Assembly: GCA_963782445.1 (NCBI GenBank)
Contig: CAWAJM010000001.1
Span: 2,854,179-2,918,178 of the forward strand
Direction: 5' to 3'
From: an uncultured Gammaproteobacteria bacterium
Lineage (GTDB): Bacteria; Pseudomonadota; Gammaproteobacteria; Steroidobacterales; Rariloculaceae
Length of the DNA: 64,000 nt
Below, in pieces: positions 58,868-64,000 of the stretch (position 1 is its first letter; the number at the start of each line of letters is the position of its first letter). Position numbers and translations under genes: made by a program. Below the pieces are notes generated by a model. That model worked only from the letters and a program-made list of their open reading frames with translations, was not told the origin of the DNA and made no database searches.

Positions 58868-59224
58868 ATGGGTCTGCTCATATCGTGGATCATTCTATCG
58901 CTTGCCGTTTGGATCACGGCGGAGGCGCTGCCCGGTTTCCACGTCAAGAGCCTCGGCAGCGCCTTCGCCGTCGCCGCGCTGTTCGGCGTGTTGAACTTCC
59001 TAATCGGCTGGCTGTTCTTCGTCGTCCTAACGATCGCCACGCTGGGGCTGGCCTTCCTGCTGGCCTTCCTGACCCGCTGGCTCATCAACGCGATCCTTCT
59101 CAAGCTCGTAGACGCGCTGACCGATCACCTGACTATCGACAGCTTCGGCTGGGCCTTGGGCGGCGCCCTCATGATGTCCGCCATCGGCACATTGGCCGAG
59201 TGGATCGTGCGGGGCGGCTTCTGA
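58868..59224 (+). CDS. Four-TM membrane protein of the phage-holin-4_2 / DUF360 family
   Basis: The protein is 118 aa. It reads LISWIILSLAVWITAEALPGFHVKSLGSAFAVAALFGVLNFLIGWLFFVVLTIATLGLAFLLAFLTRWLINAILLKLVDAL...FGWALGGALMMS. Confidence 0.65.
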   Translation: MGLLISWIILSLAVWITAEALPGFHVKSLGSAFAVAALFGVLNFLIGWLFFVVLTIATLGLAFLLAFLTRWLINAILLKLVDALTDHLTIDSFGWALGGALMMSAIGTLAEWIVRGGF

Positions 59225-59317
59225 TCGCGGCGGCCGCCGGCCTTGACACCGAACGTCGCGCGGGAGAGTGTTCGGTGGTTAACCCATTCACCGGCGAGAC
59301 AGTCAGGAGCCTACGAC

Positions 59318-60688
59318 ATGCCCTCTACCCCCTCGGCAGCCCCATCCGATCCCTCCCTCCGCGGCCACCGTCTGCGCGCCGTCGTCGCCAGCACGGTGGG
59401 AACGACGATCGAATGGTACGACTTCTTTCTTTACGGAACCGCCGCGGCGGTGGTCTTTCCAGGCGTCTACTTTCCGAACAGCACGCCGCTCCGAGGGGTC
59501 CTGCTGGCCTTCGCGACTTTCTTCGTCGGCTTCGCGGCGCGGCCGATAGGCGCCGCCATCTTCGGGCACTACGGCGACCGGATCGGCCGCAAGGGCACTT
59601 TGATTTCGACTTTGATGCTCATGGGCATCGCGACGGCGCTCATGGGCGTGCTGCCCGGCTACGACTCGATCGGCATCGCGGCCCCGTTGCTGCTCGTGCT
59701 GCTCCGCGTGCTGCAGGGAATCGGCGTCGGCGGCGAATGGGGCGGCTCGGTGCTGCTCTCCATGGAATGGGGAACGCAGCGGCGCCGCGGACTCATGGCC
59801 AGCTGGCCGCAAATCGGCGTACCGCTCGGATTGCTGCTGTCGACCGGTATGGTCCGGCTCTTCACCGGCGTCGCGGGCGCAGGTTTCGCCAGCTGGGGCT
59901 GGCGCGTGCCGTTCCTCGCGAGCGTCGTGCTGATCGGCATCGGCCTTTACGTTCGCCTCAAAGTGCTCGAGAGCCCGGCATTCGAGCAGATCAAGCGCGA
60001 AAAGGCCGTCGTGGCCCAGCCCGTATGGCAGGTCATCAAAGAGCAACCTCTCGAGGTCGTCACTTCCGCATTCGTGCGGATGTCGGAGCAGGCGCCCTTC
60101 TACATCTTCGTGACGTTCGTGCTCACCTACGGTACCGAGCACCTCGGACTTTCCAGAGGCCCGATTCTGACGGACACGCTCATCGCGGCGACGCTCGGTT
60201 TAGTCTTGGTACCGCTATTCGGGCATCTCTCGGACGTGATCGGCAGGCGCCTCGTGTACGGCATCGGCATCGTCGGCGTCGCCCTCTACGCCTTCCCTTA
60301 CTTCGGCCTGCTGAACACGAAGGCATCGTTGCTCGTGCTGCTCGCCATCGTCGTCTCGCTCGTGTTTCATGCGATGCAATACGGCCCGCAGGCGGCGCTG
60401 ATCGCCGAAAGTTTCGGTCCGGCGACACGCTACAGCGGCGCGGGCCTCGGCTATCAGTTCGCGTCAGTCATCGCGGGCGGCCCGGCGCCCCTGATCGCGA
60501 CGGCTATCCTGACGTACACGGGGTCGAGCACGTGGATCAGCGTCTATCTCGTCGGCTGCTGCGTGCTCGCCATGGCCGCGTTGATCCTCATGCCGCATCG
60601 CGAGACGACGGCGGCGCCTTCTCGATTCGACGAGGCCACGGACCGCGGGCCGATCGCCGAAGCCGACGTTGAGACGGCCGGCGCATAG
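59318..60688 (+). CDS. MFS transporter, metabolite:H+ symporter (MHS) family
   Basis: Part of ORF 59243..60688. The start is ATG 59318 after CAGGAG. It reads GTTIEWYDFFLYGTAAAVVF, the MFS motif FGHYGDRIGRKGTL and RVLQGIGVGGEWGG. It has 12 TM segments. Confidence 0.8.
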   Translation: MPSTPSAAPSDPSLRGHRLRAVVASTVGTTIEWYDFFLYGTAAAVVFPGVYFPNSTPLRGVLLAFATFFVGFAARPIGAAIFGHYGDRIGRKGTLISTLMLMGIATALMGVLPGYDSIGIAAPLLLVLLRVLQGIGVGGEWGGSVLLSMEWGTQRRRGLMASWPQIGVPLGLLLSTGMVRLFTGVAGAGFASWGWRVPFLASVVLIGIGLYVRLKVLESPAFEQIKREKAVVAQPVWQVIKEQPLEVVTSAFVRMSEQAPFYIFVTFVLTYGTEHLGLSRGPILTDTLIAATLGLVLVPLFGHLSDVIGRRLVYGIGIVGVALYAFPYFGLLNTKASLLVLLAIVVSLVFHAMQYGPQAALIAESFGPATRYSGAGLGYQFASVIAGGPAPLIATAILTYTGSSTWISVYLVGCCVLAMAALILMPHRETTAAPSRFDEATDRGPIAEADVETAGA

Positions 60689-60756
60689 ACGGCGCGCAAG
60701 AGGCCGGCGCATGGTCGACGCCCGAGCGCCCGGCGCCTCTTCGAGCGTATAGAAAA

Positions 60757-60786
60757 GGGCCCCGCTGCCGACCGGCGGCGGGGCCC
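60757..60786 (-). terminator. Rho-independent-type terminator hairpin downstream of the PQQ dehydrogenase gene (between convergent genes)
   Basis: GGGCCCCGC-12 nt-GCGGGGCCC forms a 9-bp GC stem. On the minus strand it is followed by TTTTCT. Confidence 0.4.
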
Positions 60787-60870
60787 CTGCGTGACGACTC
60801 GAGTTAGAAACCGAAGTCGTACATCGGGCGGAACACGCGTCCGCGTCCGTCATAGAGGCTCGCGCCGCGC

Positions 60871-63009
60871 CTATTTCTGTTTTGCGGACCTCGTGAAGTC
60901 CGGCTGCCAATCCTCCTGGGCGCGCGAGATCAGAAAGGCGTGGATGGCTTCCGCCTGTGCCTTGCTGAGCCGGTCTCCAAAGCTCGGCATGCCGGCCTTG
61001 GCGCGCTTACCGCCCAGCACGATATCGAGAAACTCGGCATGCGCGGCCTGCGTCATGTGGCGTAGATCCTTGGCTCCGCCGATCGCATTCGGGCCGTGGC
61101 AGGTCTGGCAGTTGGCGGCGTAGAGCGTCGAGCCCCTCTCGACGTCCTCGGGCGACTCCTGCACGCTCGGCGGCGCCGGAATCGCGGACGAGGGTGTCGC
61201 GGGCGGCAGCTCGACGCCCTTGGCATCTAGCGCGAATACCATGAGCCGCGCCGGCGCGTAGCTGAACGCGCTGCCGTCGGGGTTGGTCAGATTGGAGACG
61301 ATAGCGCTGTTCCAGCCGACGTTGACGGCGATGTATTGCTTACCGTCGACCGTATAGGTCATGGGCCCGGCGACAGGCACGCTCTCCACGGGCATTTCCC
61401 AGAGTTTCTTGCCGTTGTCTGCCCGGTAGACGGCGAGCGTTTTGTTGATCGTGCCCTCGACGAGCAGATTCCCGGCCGTGACGAGCGTGCCGCCGTCGCC
61501 CGCATGCGGATACGGGATCCGGAACGCCTCCTTCTGGCGCACCGGATCCCAGGCCAGCATGTAGCCCTTCTCGCGGCGCGCCGCCTCCGCGTAGAGCTTC
61601 TTCCTGAGCTCGGGATAGTTATTCGTCGCGGCGTTGAGCGTCGTGCGGCCGAGCACGAATTTGAACTGGTCGGCCGGCACGACGGACTCGACCATCCAGC
61701 CTTCCATGAGCGGTATGTACACCAAGCCCGTCAGCGGGCTGAAGGCCATCGGGTTCCAGCTGTGACCGCCCCCGTATCCGGGCGTCATGAGGTGCGGCTT
61801 CTCTTTGACGTAGGCATCCGGATTGATGACCGGCCGCCCGGTCTTCATGTCGACGCGCGAAGCCCACGTGTTGGGAATGTAATTCTTGGCCGACAGCAGC
61901 TCACCGGTTTCCCGGTCGAGCACATAGAAAAAACCGTCCTTCGGCGCCTGCATGATGACCTTGCGCATGCGCCCGCGGATTTTTAGATCGGCCTGGATCA
62001 GCGGCGCCGTGCAGTCGTAGTCCCACTCTTCGGCGGGAATCTCCTGATAGTGCCAGCGATAATGCCCCGTGCGCGCGTCGACGGCGACGATGGAGCACAG
62101 GAACAGATTGTCTCCGCCGCCCGGGCTGCGAAACTTAGCGGGGTGCGGCGAGCCGTTACCGGTGCCGAAATAGACCAAGTTGAGATCGGGATCGTAGGCG
62201 ATGGCATCCCAGTCGTTGCCGCCCCCGCCCATCTTCCACCACTCGCCGCTCCAGGTCTTGGCCGCCATCGGCATGACCGAGTCGGACGCCGCGCCTTCCG
62301 GCATCTTTTTCGGATCGCCCGGAACGATATAAAACTTCCAGGCCAGCTTGCCGGTATCGGCATCCCAGGCGGACATGTAACCGCGCGAGCCGAAGTCGCC
62401 GCCGCCGTTGCCGATCACGACGTTGCCGTCGGCGATGCGCGGCGCGCCCGTGATGGACAGCGGTTGGCCGGGGTCCTTCGTGTCGGCGGACCACACTACC
62501 TTGCCGGTCCGCGCATCGAGCGCGATGAGCCGCCCGTCGAGCGCGCCGAGGATGATCTTGCCGTGCCACGCGACCAGCCCGCGGCTCACGGGCCCGCAGC
62601 ACGCGATGCGCGCATACGCGGCCGGCACCTTGGGATCGTAGGTCCACAGGACCTTGCCCGTGACCGCATCGTACGCGGTCACGATGCTCCAAGCGGAGAC
62701 GTTGTAGAGGACACCGTCGATCATGAGCGGCGTCGCCTCGACGCCGCGATAGGTATTGAGATCGGCATACCAGGCCAGTCCGAGGCGCTGGACGTTGCTG
62801 GCATCGATCTGCTTCAGGGGGCTGAACCGCTGCTCTTTCCAGCTCCGGCCGACCTCCATCCACTGGCCGGGCTCCCGATCGGCATGCTCGAATCGCGCCT
62901 GATCGACGGCGGCCGCATGCCCGACCCCGTCCGCCCGGGCCGGACCGGCCAAGGTCCCGGCGACGCCGAGCAGCAGCCCCAAGATCAGAATGCGTTTCCG
63001 TTCAAACAT
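60871..63009 (-). CDS. Quinohemoprotein PQQ-dependent alcohol dehydrogenase (type II, with C-terminal cytochrome c domain)
   Basis: Part of ORF 60871..63024. The start is ATG 63009 after GGGAGAGG. A signal peptide is present. It has W-motif propeller repeats and the vicinal Cys pair IACCGPVSRG. It also has GGGNDWDAIAYDP and a C-terminal heme motif CQTCHG. Confidence 0.85.
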   Translation of the reverse strand: MFERKRILILGLLLGVAGTLAGPARADGVGHAAAVDQARFEHADREPGQWMEVGRSWKEQRFSPLKQIDASNVQRLGLAWYADLNTYRGVEATPLMIDGVLYNVSAWSIVTAYDAVTGKVLWTYDPKVPAAYARIACCGPVSRGLVAWHGKIILGALDGRLIALDARTGKVVWSADTKDPGQPLSITGAPRIADGNVVIGNGGGDFGSRGYMSAWDADTGKLAWKFYIVPGDPKKMPEGAASDSVMPMAAKTWSGEWWKMGGGGNDWDAIAYDPDLNLVYFGTGNGSPHPAKFRSPGGGDNLFLCSIVAVDARTGHYRWHYQEIPAEEWDYDCTAPLIQADLKIRGRMRKVIMQAPKDGFFYVLDRETGELLSAKNYIPNTWASRVDMKTGRPVINPDAYVKEKPHLMTPGYGGGHSWNPMAFSPLTGLVYIPLMEGWMVESVVPADQFKFVLGRTTLNAATNNYPELRKKLYAEAARREKGYMLAWDPVRQKEAFRIPYPHAGDGGTLVTAGNLLVEGTINKTLAVYRADNGKKLWEMPVESVPVAGPMTYTVDGKQYIAVNVGWNSAIVSNLTNPDGSAFSYAPARLMVFALDAKGVELPPATPSSAIPAPPSVQESPEDVERGSTLYAANCQTCHGPNAIGGAKDLRHMTQAAHAEFLDIVLGGKRAKAGMPSFGDRLSKAQAEAIHAFLISRAQEDWQPDFTRSAKQK

Positions 63010-63110
63010 CCGCCTCTCCCCCATGCACGATGGCGATATTTTGACCGAACTCGCGCGGAAACGCCCGCATGCGGCACGGACGCGTTGGTGGCGGGTTTCA
63101 GATGGTGGCG

Positions 63111-63230
63111 GGCTTCAGGCTCGACGCAAGGGCGGTGTCGGGACCGCCGTGAACCCGTCCCTGGGGGCTCGCTGACCGCCATCCCTGGCGGTCAGCGTCC
63201 CGACACCGCCCTTGCGTCGAGCCTGAAGCC
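63111..63230 (-). repeat. Nested-palindrome intergenic repeat, copy 4 (full length, inverted relative to copies 1 and 2)
   Basis: GGCTTCAGGCTCGACGCAAGGGCGGTGTCGGGAC-CGCCGTGAACCCGTCCCTGGGGGCTC-GCTGACCGCC-atccct-GGCGGTCAGC-GTCCCGACACCGCCCTTGCGTCGAGCCTGAAGCC. It is preceded by a small local duplication, GGTGGCGGGTTTCAG / GGTGGCGGGCTTCAG. Confidence 0.85.
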
Positions 63231-63356
63231 AGAGACGGAGGCGGCCATCGCCGTTGAAGGCCGCACGGACTAGCGTCTTCGCGCCAGCGATCTCCTCGCG
63301 CCGTGGCAGCAGGATGCATGAACGGCCACCGCCGTCACAGAGGAGGCGCGTGCGGG

Positions 63357-64000
63357 CTAAGGCACTGCCGGAGGCAGCAACGCCGGGCGATCCTTCGGCA
63401 AGTGCTGGTCGACGGCCGTCAGCACCATGCCGACCATGACGTAGTCGCCCATCACCGTTACGAGCTCGACCGTCCCCGTCCTGCCGAAACGCTGCACGGC
63501 TTCCGCGAACAGGTTCGAGTCGAGCTGATGCTCGCGCATGAGCTGGCGGCCCAGCTTGATGATCAGCGTCTCATCGGCAGGCAGGCCGACCGGCGCGCGG
63601 TCGTACTTGATCGTATCCACGACGGCCTGTGGCACGCCGAAACGCAGGGCTGCGGGTTCGTGCGCCGAATACTCGTATTGCTGCTCGATCTCGCGCGTCG
63701 CGACGAGGATGGCCGTTTCGGTCAGACGAGGGCTCAGCTTGCCGTGGTAGCGGAGGAAGCCGTTCAGGTCGTTGAAGGCGGCGGCGATCTTCGGACTGTA
63801 GAGCGAGACGGCAACGGGACCCGTCGTCGGCACGGGGCCGTCGCCGACGATGCGATCGTAGACGGCCTTGCCTTCGGCGTCGAGGTCGGCACGCGTAAGC
63901 CGCGGGAGGCGCGTCAGGGAAACCGGGTCGATGTCGAATCCTTTGGAGCGGACGTCCCAGTCCGGATTCTTACAGAGCCCGCAATCCTCGCCGACGAACA
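63357..64000 (-). CDS. Carboxymuconolactone decarboxylase (AhpD-like) family protein; 5' end unresolved and possibly beyond the window
   Basis: The track ORF 63357..63833 starts at a GTG. The frame stays open to the window edge, and the upstream residues (LTRLPRLTRADLDAEGKAVYDRIVGDGP) look like the usual CMD N-terminus. The core has LSPRLTETAILVATREIEQQYEYSAHEPAAL. Confidence 0.6.
   Translation of the reverse strand, partial: FVGEDCGLCKNPDWDVRSKGFDIDPVSLTRLPRLTRADLDAEGKAVYDRIVGDGPVPTTGPVAVSLYSPKIAAAFNDLNGFLRYHGKLSPRLTETAILVATREIEQQYEYSAHEPAALRFGVPQAVVDTIKYDRAPVGLPADETLIIKLGRQLMREHQLDSNLFAEAVQRFGRTGTVELVTVMGDYVMVGMVLTAVDQHLPKDRPALLPPAVP

Noticed and set aside
58868-59224. A holin-family gene as a sign of a prophage
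   Set aside because: The flanking genes are metabolic (a MatB-like ligase and an MFS transporter). No endolysin, integrase, terminase or att-like repeats are nearby. This family is widespread as a chromosomal membrane protein.

Overview
This is a very GC-rich bacterial chromosomal segment with proteobacterial gene content. Third codon positions are almost all G/C, so both strands carry very long spurious ORFs. I kept only ORFs with recognisable family motifs, signal peptides, RBS/start context or operon logic. All product calls come from my own reading of the translations; no database search was run.

I call about 50 genes:
- 1-3.7 kb: a YceI fragment, a large FG-GAP/VCBS surface protein and an orphan modA.
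- 3.7-8.3 kb: two divergent small EF-hand proteins, each behind a near-consensus sigma54 promoter, followed by a GlrK/QseG/GlrR-like kinase-lipoprotein-sigma54 activator operon.
- 8.4-19.4 kb: a FixL/FixJ-centred stress island. It holds a lactate permease, three tandem-USP paralogs, Hsp20, a CBS protein, TrxC, a cytochrome c, and an AMP-ligase/ACP/PlsC fusion.
- 19.7-27.8 kb: a two-component system plus a czcCBA-like metal efflux operon with a frameshifted czcC and a DUF3240 gene.
- 28-39 kb: a tannase-family esterase, an SLC13 permease, an OprO/P-like porin, an IorAB-like molybdoenzyme and a TonB-dependent receptor.
- 39.7-41.2 kb: a eukaryote-type IMPDH.
- 41.3-46.5 kb: a translationally coupled acsA-E1alpha-E1beta-E2-ACP operon lacking E3.
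- 46.7-64 kb: SorAB/SoxCD-like sulfite dehydrogenase, a glutathionyl-hydroquinone reductase, DUF2339, a DUF756 relic, DUF4112, a CE15-like esterase plus a second tannase, MatB-like ligase, a holin-family membrane protein, an MFS transporter, a quinohemoprotein PQQ alcohol dehydrogenase and a CMD-family gene.

The most interesting non-genic signals are:
- a roughly 120-bp nested-palindrome repeat family, with 3 full copies and 1 truncated copy, whose stems covary between copies;
- a 164-bp MITE-like element with perfect 28-bp terminal inverted repeats;
- the paired sigma54 promoters.

I found no CRISPR array, tRNA/rRNA, integrase or recognisable defence system.
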